Assembly (NCBI GenBank): GCA_042219045.1 | Contig: JBDGQO010000100.1 | Location: forward strand, 7,301 to 39,435 | DNA: 32,135 nt | Direction of reading: 5' to 3' | Origin: Candidatus Bipolaricaulia bacterium | Lineage (GTDB): Bacteria; Bipolaricaulota; Bipolaricaulia; RBG-16-55-9 | In this document: positions 18,994 through 26,554 of the stretch, piece by piece | Numbering within the stretch: position 1 is the first letter of the stretch | How the letters are laid out: every line of letters begins with the position of its first letter | The notes under the pieces: model-generated | What the model saw: the letters and a program-made list of their open reading frames with translations, nothing else | Told to the model about the DNA's origin: nothing | Database searches by the model: none | Program-made: the position numbers and the translations under genes

Positions 18994-19039
18994 GACTGGT
19001 GTTGGATTGCTAACACGGTGTCATTGGGGCCAGCAGCGG

Positions 19040-19729
19040 TTACACCAGCGCCTCAAGCGAGTCGGCATCCTTGACGACGATGTGGCGCCGATCGGCGTCG
19101 ATCCAGCCGCGCTCCGCAAAGCGACTGAGCGTCAGGCTGGCCGTCTCGCGCGAGACCCCGGCCATCTCCCCCAGCTCCTCGCGGGTGAGCGCCAGGTCGA
19201 TCTCCGTGCCGTCGGCTCGGTTGTGTCCGTGCGTTCGGGCCAGATCGAGCAACAGGTAAGCCAATCGACTGGCGGCGCCTGGGCGGGCCGTTGCCCAGAT
19301 CCGTTCCTGGAGCTTGGCCAGTTCTTCCGTCAGCTTTTCGAGGAGCGAGGTCGCGAACGCTGGGAACCGCTCCACCAGCGACTGGAGCTCGTTCCTGTCG
19401 ACGAAGCCGACCTGGGTCGGGGCCATCGCCTCGGCCTCGACGCGGAACCGGCCCGTAAAGTGGGCCTCCATGCCGATCAAGTCGCCGGGGCCGAGCACGG
19501 CGACGATGTGGGTCCCGCCGTCGTCCAGGTGATGGCTCAGCTTGACAGCCCCGTGGCAGACGACGAAGTAGCCGTAGGCCGGCTCGTTCTCCTGGAAGAG
19601 CGTCTGGCCCTTCTCATAGCGCAACAGCGTGGCGAACTCGTCGGGATGGAAGTCGACGTCCTGCCGGCTCACATCGAGGAGGAGGCACTTGTCGTTGAAA
19701 CAGACCTGGCACCGGTTCGACTCACTCAT
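19040..19729 (-). CDS. Crp/Fnr family transcriptional regulator with N-terminal Cys cluster
   Basis: cNMP-binding fold (YEKGQTLFQE, GAVKL, GPGDLIG); HTH LTREELGEMAGVSRETAS; N-terminal CQVCFNDKC. Confidence 0.93.
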   Translation of the reverse strand: MSESNRCQVCFNDKCLLLDVSRQDVDFHPDEFATLLRYEKGQTLFQENEPAYGYFVVCHGAVKLSHHLDDGGTHIVAVLGPGDLIGMEAHFTGRFRVEAEAMAPTQVGFVDRNELQSLVERFPAFATSLLEKLTEELAKLQERIWATARPGAASRLAYLLLDLARTHGHNRADGTEIDLALTREELGEMAGVSRETASLTLSRFAERGWIDADRRHIVVKDADSLEALV

Positions 19730-19737
19730 TCAGGGCC

Positions 19738-19746
19738 ATTGTAACA
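19738..19746 (-). promoter_or_regulatory. Extended -10 promoter of the crp/fnr gene (near-leaderless)
   Basis: TG-T-TACAAT on the minus strand ends 8 nt before the ATG at 19729; no SD. Confidence 0.5.
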
Positions 19747-19777
19747 TCCATGCCACGTCGGCGGAGCGAGGCCCGGA

Positions 19778-19807
19778 TTGCGTGTCCTTCCGAACTGAGG
19801 CTACAAT
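19778..19807 (+). promoter_or_regulatory. sigma70-type promoter of usp
   Basis: TTGCGT-18 nt-TACAAT; SD AAAGGAG precedes the ATG at 19847. Confidence 0.5.
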
Positions 19808-19846
19808 AGCGTCGCGGCTTCTGGACCAGCCGCGAAAGGAGTCGCC

Positions 19847-20299
19847 ATGTTCCGCCAGATTCTCTTGCCGACCGACGGCTCGCAGGGCGTGGGCCAAGCG
19901 ATCGACGCCGCCGTGGCCGTCGCCGAGAAGTTTGACGCTCGCATCCACGTTCTCTTTGTCGCCGAGCCCCCGAGATTTCACGAGTACGGCGCCAGCGTCG
20001 CGCTCACCAACATCATGGAGACGCTGCAGGAGTCGGGCCGACAGATTCTGGACGAAACGGCCGAGCGCTTCCGCAACAGGGGCCTTTCCGCAGTGGAAAC
20101 CGCGCTTCGTCAGGGGCATCCGGCCGAAGAGATCAAGGCGTATGCCGAGGCGAACGACATCGACCTCGTGGTCATGGGCACCCACGGCCGGCGTGGCATC
20201 AACCGCATGCTATTGGGCAGCGTTACCGAGGAGGTCGTGCGGACCTCGCACGCACCGGTCATGACCGTGCGGATGGCCTCGCCGGAGTCCGAGGCATAA
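19847..20299 (+). CDS. Universal stress protein (USP family)
   Basis: MFRQILLPTDGS, GHPAEEI, DLVVMGTHGRRG, LLGSVTEEVVR. Confidence 0.95.
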   Translation: MFRQILLPTDGSQGVGQAIDAAVAVAEKFDARIHVLFVAEPPRFHEYGASVALTNIMETLQESGRQILDETAERFRNRGLSAVETALRQGHPAEEIKAYAEANDIDLVVMGTHGRRGINRMLLGSVTEEVVRTSHAPVMTVRMASPESEA

Positions 20300-20319
20300 C
20301 CGCCATTCGGAGCGACGGA

Positions 20320-21009
20320 TCAGGGCTCCAGGATCTCGACGCCTGATTCTGTTGCCACAACGACCGCATCCGCCATTCCCAGAAACAGCCCGTGCTCGAC
20401 GACGCCGGGCAGCCCGTTCAACCACCCATTAAGCACCGCCGGGTCCTCGATGCCGCTGGCGAACGCGGCGTCGAGGATCAGGTTGCCTTCGTCGGTCCGG
20501 AAGAGATCGTCATTGTCGATTCGCCAGGACGTGGCAGCGCCCCGCTGTTGTAGCGCTCTTTCGATGGGGATGCGGGCAAATTCAAGGACCTCGATCGGGA
20601 CCGGGCCGTTCGTTCCGAGTCGATCCACCCGCTTGCCCTCGTCGACGATGACGACGAAGCGCCGACTGGCGTGGGCGACGATCTTTTCACGCGTTAGGGC
20701 CCCGCCGAGGCCCTTGATGAGGTTCAACTCGGGATCGACCTCGTCGGCGCCGTCGACGGTCAGATCCAGCTCCGGATGCTCGTCCAGCGTGGTGAGCGGG
20801 ATCCCCCAATCTCGTGCCAATTGGGCCGTCTCGATCGACGTCGGCACGGCCAAGATATCGCTCAGCTCCCCTGATTGACGGAGTTGGCCGACGCGCTTGG
20901 TAAAGCGTTCGGCCGTGCTTCCCGTGCCGAGTCCGAGCAACCGCACGCCGTCGAGGAAGTGGAGCGCCCGCTCCGCCGCCTGGGCCTTCAGGTCAACGCT
21001 GCCGGTCAT
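20320..21009 (-). CDS. rpiA: Ribose-5-phosphate isomerase A
   Basis: Start MTGSVDLK at 21009 (ATGA overlap with pckA). GLGTGST, DGADEVD, IKGLGGALTREK, GVVEHGLF. Confidence 0.96.
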   Translation of the reverse strand: MTGSVDLKAQAAERALHFLDGVRLLGLGTGSTAERFTKRVGQLRQSGELSDILAVPTSIETAQLARDWGIPLTTLDEHPELDLTVDGADEVDPELNLIKGLGGALTREKIVAHASRRFVVIVDEGKRVDRLGTNGPVPIEVLEFARIPIERALQQRGAATSWRIDNDDLFRTDEGNLILDAAFASGIEDPAVLNGWLNGLPGVVEHGLFLGMADAVVVATESGVEILEP

Positions 21010-22559
21010 GTCTCCAGGTCGAACGCCTTGAAGCGCTTTTCGAACCGTTTGACGAGGTCGTGGGCTTTGGCGTCGTAGGCCTCCGGGTCGTCCCAGGCCC
21101 ACTTCGGATTGAGAAGCTTTTCGCTCACTCCGGGACATTCCGTCGGCACCTGGAGCCCGAAGACGTCGTCGGTTTCGAACTCGCCCGATTCGAGGGTGCC
21201 GTCGAGCGCCGCGTGGATGAGTGCGCGCGTCTGGGGCAATGGCATCCGCTTGCCGACGCCGTAGGGGCCGCCCGTGATGCCGGTGTTGACGAACCAGACG
21301 CTCGTGTTATGGCGCTCCATGCGGTCGCGAAGCATCCGAGCATAGACTTCCGGCGGCCGCGGCAAGAACGGCGCGCCGAAGCCGCTGCTGAACGTCACTT
21401 GCGGCTCGTCAATGCCCCGTTCCGTCCCGGCCACCTTGGCCGTGTAGCCCAACAGGAAATACTTCATGGCCTGCTCGGGGGTCAGCTTGGCGATGGGAGG
21501 CAGCACGCCGAACGCGTCGAAGCTCAGCATGAAGACCGAGCTCGGGATGCCGCCCGTGCCCTCAGGCACGACTTGTTCGAGATGATCGATCGGGTAAGCA
21601 CCGCGGGTGTTCTCGGTGAACGTGTCGGCGTCGAAGTGCGGCTCGCGCGTGTCCGGGTCGAGCACCACGTTCTCCAGCACCGCGCCGAACTGGGTCACCG
21701 CGCGATAGATCTCCGGCTCGTCCTCGGGTTTGATGCGAATGGTTTTCGCGTAGCAGCCGCCCTCGAAGTTGAAGACGCCGCCGCCGTGCCAGCCGTGTTC
21801 GTCGTCGCCGATCAGCTTGCGATGGGGCTCGGTGGACAACGTCGTCTTGCCCGTGCCCGAGAGCCCGAAGAACAGCGCCACGTCACCGTCCGTGCCGACG
21901 TTGGCCGAACAGTGCATGGGGAAGACGTTCTCTTCGGTCAACAGGAAGTTGAGTGCGGTAAAGATGGCCTTTTTGATCTCGCCCCCGTAGTGGGTGCCGC
22001 CGATGAGCACCAGGCGCTGGGAAAAGTTGAGCAGCACGAACGTCGAGCTTCGGGTGTCATGGCGCTCCGGATCGGCGGTGCAGTGCGGGGCGGCGATGAC
22101 GGTAAAGCCGGGGTCCTCGTGCGGGTGGCTTTCGTCAGCGGGCCGGACGAAGAGGTTGCGCGCGAACAGGCTGTGCCACGCCAGTTCGGTCACAACACGG
22201 ACGGGCATCCGGTAATCCGGATCGGCGCCGGCATACAGATCCTGCACGAACAGATCGCGGCCTTGCAGGTGATGGGCGATCAGGTCGTGGAGCTGGTCGA
22301 AGCGTTCCGGGGAGATCGGCTGGTTGATCTCGCCCCAGTTGATCGCCTCGCGCGTGAGGTCGTCCTCCACGATGAAGCGATCCTTGGGGGATCGACCTGT
22401 GTGCTGGCCCGTCTTGACCACCAACGGGCCCCCTTGGGCAAGCCAGCTCTCGTTGCGCTTGAGCGATTCCTGATAGAGCGCCGGCACAGTGCGATTCCAG
22501 TGGATGTGACCCGGCCGACGAACCCCGTGTTGAGCCAGATCGAGATCGGCGCTGATCAT
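21006..22559 (-). CDS. pckA: Phosphoenolpyruvate carboxykinase (ATP)
   Basis: TGRSPKD, YGGEIKK, MHCSAN, GLSGTGKTTLS, LIGDDEHGW, FNFEGGCYAK; SD GGGAGGAG. Confidence 0.97.
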   Translation of the reverse strand: MISADLDLAQHGVRRPGHIHWNRTVPALYQESLKRNESWLAQGGPLVVKTGQHTGRSPKDRFIVEDDLTREAINWGEINQPISPERFDQLHDLIAHHLQGRDLFVQDLYAGADPDYRMPVRVVTELAWHSLFARNLFVRPADESHPHEDPGFTVIAAPHCTADPERHDTRSSTFVLLNFSQRLVLIGGTHYGGEIKKAIFTALNFLLTEENVFPMHCSANVGTDGDVALFFGLSGTGKTTLSTEPHRKLIGDDEHGWHGGGVFNFEGGCYAKTIRIKPEDEPEIYRAVTQFGAVLENVVLDPDTREPHFDADTFTENTRGAYPIDHLEQVVPEGTGGIPSSVFMLSFDAFGVLPPIAKLTPEQAMKYFLLGYTAKVAGTERGIDEPQVTFSSGFGAPFLPRPPEVYARMLRDRMERHNTSVWFVNTGITGGPYGVGKRMPLPQTRALIHAALDGTLESGEFETDDVFGLQVPTECPGVSEKLLNPKWAWDDPEAYDAKAHDLVKRFEKRFKAFDLET

Positions 22560-22618
22560 CGAAACACTCCTCCCGTCTTAGCCCTGCGGTAATGATCCCG
22601 TCACGAGTGAGCAGTGCC

Positions 22619-22650
22619 ATGATATGCCTCAGCTTTTGCGGCTCGCAAAA
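22619..22650 (-). promoter_or_regulatory. Putative pckA promoter with overlapping palindromic operator
   Basis: TTGCGA (22643-22648), 18 nt spacer, TATCAT (22619-22624). Palindrome TTTTGCG-GCT-CGCAAAA at 22634-22650. Confidence 0.45.
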
Positions 22651-22732
22651 CGACGGGGCATAAGGGGAGCCTCCCTCGCCCTTGCGCCCCGCCCTCGGCT
22701 GCGCGTTCGGTTCAAGGAACTCGCTGTGGACA

Positions 22733-23578
22733 CTACTTGGACAAGGCTAACGTGTAGGACTGGCTCTGCGAGGACCAGTTGATCACGAGCACGGCGAAGA
22801 CGTTGCCGGCAACGGGGCCGCCTGTGGGGCCATGTCGCGACCCAGCAGGGCGGTCGCACAGCTCCGCCAGATTGCCCGGCGCGTTCAGCTGGAAGCAGGC
22901 GCCGGCGTTGCCGAACACGATCAAGTCGAGATCGACTGAGGGGGTGTCCCACATGATCGCGCTGCGCAACTGGCCCGCGCTGGATCCGACCCAGAGGAGT
23001 TGGAAGCTGGAGCCGGGGATGCCGCGCACCAGCGTCGGACTCCCCACGTCGGCGATCTTCGGGTTGGATTGGCTGCCCCCAACCTTGTCCTTGGCGATCC
23101 CGTTCAGCTGGAGGGTGTTCAACACCGTCTGCAGGTTGTCGCCCTCGGCGATCGGCTTGTCGCGCTCGGTCGGGATCTCCGCGCCGTCGCCGGGCGCTTC
23201 GACGGTGATCTCCAGGCAGCCTTGGGCCTGGTCGGGGTTGAACGTCTCGTTGAGCGGGAGCGGGTCGATCGTGAAGCTGAACTCTTGCCCGTCGATCGTG
23301 CCCCCCAGCCCGAGTCGGGTCGGCGTAAACGACAGGTCTTTGGACAGCGCCGACGTCTGGCCCGGCTCCAACGTGATCTCCTGGAGCGTGACGTCGAGGT
23401 TGCGGCCGTCGGTGAGCACGATCTCGTTAATGAGGACGGTCGCTTCCGAACAGACGTTCTCGAACGTGACCTTCGTCGTCTTGCCTTGCTGAGACGATTG
23501 GGACAGCGCCCCGCCCGCGATCAGGCCGACCGCCAGTAGCATCAACACGCCAAGCCTGAGCGAAAGTCTTGCCTTCAT
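22733..23578 (-). CDS. Secreted protein of unknown function
   Basis: Start MKARLSLRLGVLMLLAVGLIAGGALS at 23578 (SD-like AAAGGGGG). Sec-type signal peptide; mature part appears beta-rich with 4 Cys. Confidence 0.75.
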   Translation of the reverse strand: MKARLSLRLGVLMLLAVGLIAGGALSQSSQQGKTTKVTFENVCSEATVLINEIVLTDGRNLDVTLQEITLEPGQTSALSKDLSFTPTRLGLGGTIDGQEFSFTIDPLPLNETFNPDQAQGCLEITVEAPGDGAEIPTERDKPIAEGDNLQTVLNTLQLNGIAKDKVGGSQSNPKIADVGSPTLVRGIPGSSFQLLWVGSSAGQLRSAIMWDTPSVDLDLIVFGNAGACFQLNAPGNLAELCDRPAGSRHGPTGGPVAGNVFAVLVINWSSQSQSYTLALSK

Positions 23579-23724
23579 ACATCCCCCTTTGTGAGCATCG
23601 CCCACGCTCGGGCTGTTCGGATCACACCAGCCGAAGCGTGTGCGATATTCTGATCGCGGCACTTATGACCGCTTGCTCAATCGATTCTAGACGTGGCAAC
23701 CCGGATCGTCCAGACGTTCCGGAT

Positions 23725-24147
23725 TCACTCTTGCGGATTGATCCGGTGCTCCCAGGTGATCGTCGCGACGCCGTTGACGGTGTTGGAGACGGTGCAGTAC
23801 TTCTCTTGGGAGAGCTCGATCGCCCGCTCTAGCGCCTCCTCGGTCACGTTCGGGCCCCAGACCTTGTAGACCAGATGAATGGACTTGAGGTGCTTCGGGG
23901 GCTCGGATTCCATCTCCGCGTCGGTCTCGATCTCGAGGTCGTCCACTTGGACGCGCTTTTTCGTCAAGATCGACATGACGTCCATTGCCGTGCAGCCGGC
24001 GACGCCGCTCAACAGCAGTTCCACGGGCGAGGCCGCGGACGCCAGCCCACCAACGTCGGGGTCGGTGTCGGTCGCCACCGCGTGGCCGCTGTCCGTCTGC
24101 GCCACGAAGCGAAGGCCGCGATTCCCCGTCAGGTTGACGTTCGGCAT
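23725..24147 (-). CDS. OsmC/YhfA family protein
   Basis: Start MPNVNL at 24147 (SD AAGGAGG). SPVELLLSGVAGCTAMDV and AIELSQEKYCTV carry the two conserved Cys. Confidence 0.92.
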   Translation of the reverse strand: MPNVNLTGNRGLRFVAQTDSGHAVATDTDPDVGGLASAASPVELLLSGVAGCTAMDVMSILTKKRVQVDDLEIETDAEMESEPPKHLKSIHLVYKVWGPNVTEEALERAIELSQEKYCTVSNTVNGVATITWEHRINPQE

Positions 24148-24286
24148 GATCTCATCCTCCTTCCGATCTATCTTAGCAGACGGCGGCGTAATCCCCCATG
24201 TTGTCAAGGAATCCTTGATTCATGACCGAACGGTCAGCTATCGTAGGGCATCACGACAACCATGGAATTGCACAGAAGGAGGCACC

Positions 24287-25795
24287 GTGTCCGAGAAACT
24301 CGATCGACTCCACCAGCTGTTGGCGCGCGCGTCACACCTCGGATCGGCATCCGCCGTGCTGAACTGGGACCAGGAGACCTACATGCCGGCCGGCGGCGCC
24401 GAGGCGCGGGCCCAGCACCTGGCCACGCTCAGCCAGCTCTCGCACCAATTCTTCACCGACGACGAGATCGGGACGTTGCTGGATCAGCTCGAGAGCGAGC
24501 ACGCCGACGCCGAACCCGACTCGTACGAGGCCAGCCTCATCCGGGTCACGCGGCGGGAGTTCGACAAAGCGACCAAGATCCCCAGCGAGCTGATTGCCGA
24601 GCTCAGCCGCACGAGCTCCCACGCCAAGGAGGCCTGGAAGGAGGCCCGCGAGACCGACGATTTTGAAAAATTCCAGCCGCATTTGGAGAAGCTCGTCGAT
24701 CTGAACAAGCGGGTGGCCGACGCGCTCGGCTACGAGGACCGCATGTATGACGCGCTGTTGGACAACTTTGAGCCCGAGATGAAGACGGCCGACGTGGAAC
24801 GCATATTCCAAGATCTGCGTGACAAGCTCGTCCCCATCGTCGATCAGATCTCGGAGCGCGAGCCGCCCGATGACGGCGTCGTGCGGCGGCACTTCCCGAA
24901 AGACAAGCAGTGGAAATTCGGGTTGGCCGTGATCGGGGACTACGGCTTCGACACGAACTGCGGCCGGCAGGACTACTCCACGCACCCGTTCACGACCAGC
25001 TTCGCTCCGACCGACGTCCGATTGACGACCCGGATGTCGGAGACCTATCTCCCGAGCGGGCTTTTCGGCACGCTGCACGAGTGCGGTCACGGGCTCTACG
25101 AGCAAGGCATTCCCGAGGAGCTGGCCGACACGCCCTTGGGCAGCAACGCCTCGCTCGGGCTCCACGAGTCCCAGTCGCGCCTTTGGGAGAACCTCGTCGG
25201 GCGGAGTTACGCCTTCTGGCAGCATTATTACCCCCAGTTACAGCAGACGTTCCCCGAGCAACTGAGCGACGTGGACCTCGATCAGTTCTATCGAGCGATC
25301 AACCGAGCGGAGCCCTCATTCATCCGTGTGGAGGCCGATGAGGTCACCTACAACCTCCACATCATGCTCCGGTTCGAGCTGGAGACCGCCATGCTCGACG
25401 ACGAGATCGCCATCAAGGACCTGCCCGACGCCTGGAATTCGAAGATGGAAGAGTATCTCGGCATCACGCCGCCCAACCATGCGGAGGGCGTCCTGCAGGA
25501 CATCCACTGGTCGATGGGCGCCATCGGCTACTTCCCGACGTACGCGCTTGGCAACCTGATGTCGTGTCAGCTCTATCGGGCGGCGGACGACGACATCCCC
25601 GATCTGGAAGAGCAGATCGCCAACGGGCAGTTCGGCGATCTCTTAAACTGGATGCGCACCAACGTCCATCAGCATGGCAAGAAGTACGCGCCCCAGGACC
25701 TGTTGAAGCGGGCCACGGGCCAGACGCTCGGCGCCGACGACTTCGTCGACTACATCCGCCACAAATACAGCGGCATCTACGGCGCGCTTGACTAA
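24287..25795 (+). CDS. Carboxypeptidase, family M32
   Basis: GTG start after SD AAGGAGG. LNWDQETYMP, HPF, DVRLT, HECGH (HEXXH), HESQS, IRVEADE, QDIHW, GYFPTYALG. Confidence 0.95.
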   Translation: MSEKLDRLHQLLARASHLGSASAVLNWDQETYMPAGGAEARAQHLATLSQLSHQFFTDDEIGTLLDQLESEHADAEPDSYEASLIRVTRREFDKATKIPSELIAELSRTSSHAKEAWKEARETDDFEKFQPHLEKLVDLNKRVADALGYEDRMYDALLDNFEPEMKTADVERIFQDLRDKLVPIVDQISEREPPDDGVVRRHFPKDKQWKFGLAVIGDYGFDTNCGRQDYSTHPFTTSFAPTDVRLTTRMSETYLPSGLFGTLHECGHGLYEQGIPEELADTPLGSNASLGLHESQSRLWENLVGRSYAFWQHYYPQLQQTFPEQLSDVDLDQFYRAINRAEPSFIRVEADEVTYNLHIMLRFELETAMLDDEIAIKDLPDAWNSKMEEYLGITPPNHAEGVLQDIHWSMGAIGYFPTYALGNLMSCQLYRAADDDIPDLEEQIANGQFGDLLNWMRTNVHQHGKKYAPQDLLKRATGQTLGADDFVDYIRHKYSGIYGALD

Positions 25796-25857
25796 CGTTC
25801 AACCGGAGAGTTATCGGTCGAGTCGGGCGGGCTCATGCCCGAGCGCATGCGGGGCGC

Positions 25858-26169
25858 TCACTCGGGAAAGTCGTCCGGAAAGAGCGCCTCAAACTGATCG
25901 CTGGCGCCGGACTCGGCGAAGACGTCGTGCTCGCGGACGAGGTCCCGAAATCTTTGAAAGTGTTCGGTCTCCAGATGGCGCTCGCGGGCGGCTTCATCTT
26001 GATAGACCTCGAGCAGGCTGAAGTGGGTCGGGTCCTCGGCGTCCTGGAAGACGTCGAAACGGAGTATGCCCGGCTCCTTGAGCGTTTCGCGGGCATTGGC
26101 CAGGATGGCGTCCTTATAGGTCTCGACGTGCTCGGGCTTGACGTGATGATGGAACTGGAAGATCAGCAT
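25858..26169 (-). CDS. ABM-domain protein (putative quinol monooxygenase/LsrG-like)
   Basis: EPGILRFDV, FSLLEVY, HLETEHF; SD GGAGG. Confidence 0.88.
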   Translation of the reverse strand: MLIFQFHHHVKPEHVETYKDAILANARETLKEPGILRFDVFQDAEDPTHFSLLEVYQDEAARERHLETEHFQRFRDLVREHDVFAESGASDQFEALFPDDFPE

Positions 26170-26369
26170 GTGGGGCCTCCTATCGGTATTCGGGGCTGAA
26201 GCGGTTGCCCAATGTCGGGGCGCATAGCGAGCGCGTGGACGGCGCCAAAGAAGCCGGCGTGGCTGTCAGCTCGCCCGCGGATCCGGCCGCTGACAATCGT
26301 CGCCACTGCCAACGCGTTCGGAATGCGAACGGCCAAGCTGTTTCCGCATTTCTGCACCGTCGACGCCAT
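26163..26369 (-). pseudogene. Probable AbrB/MazE antitoxin remnant
   Basis: ATG 26369 with SD GGAGG. MASTVQKCGNSLAVRIPNALA resembles the MazE motif KWGNSLAVRIP; similarity is lost after ~21 codons and there is no adjacent toxin. Confidence 0.6.
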
Positions 26370-26554
26370 GGATCGCCTCCCGCGACGTATCCACAACGAA
26401 GATACGAAGTTGAAGTCCGATTGCCAACGCCACCGATACGATCCTCGGATCGCATCGATTGCACGCTGAAGAAAGATCGGGTTACGATGATTGGTTCGAC
26501 ACATCCGTTCGAACAAGGCATTCGGAACGTCATGACCGGGAGTGACTCAACCCT

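Noticed and set aside
23879..24286. N-terminal extension of the M32 ORF, and similar ORF-track extensions of nuoB, nuoI and rpiA
   Set aside because: They overlap other genuine genes; downstream starts have an SD or coupled stop/start and match the family N-termini.
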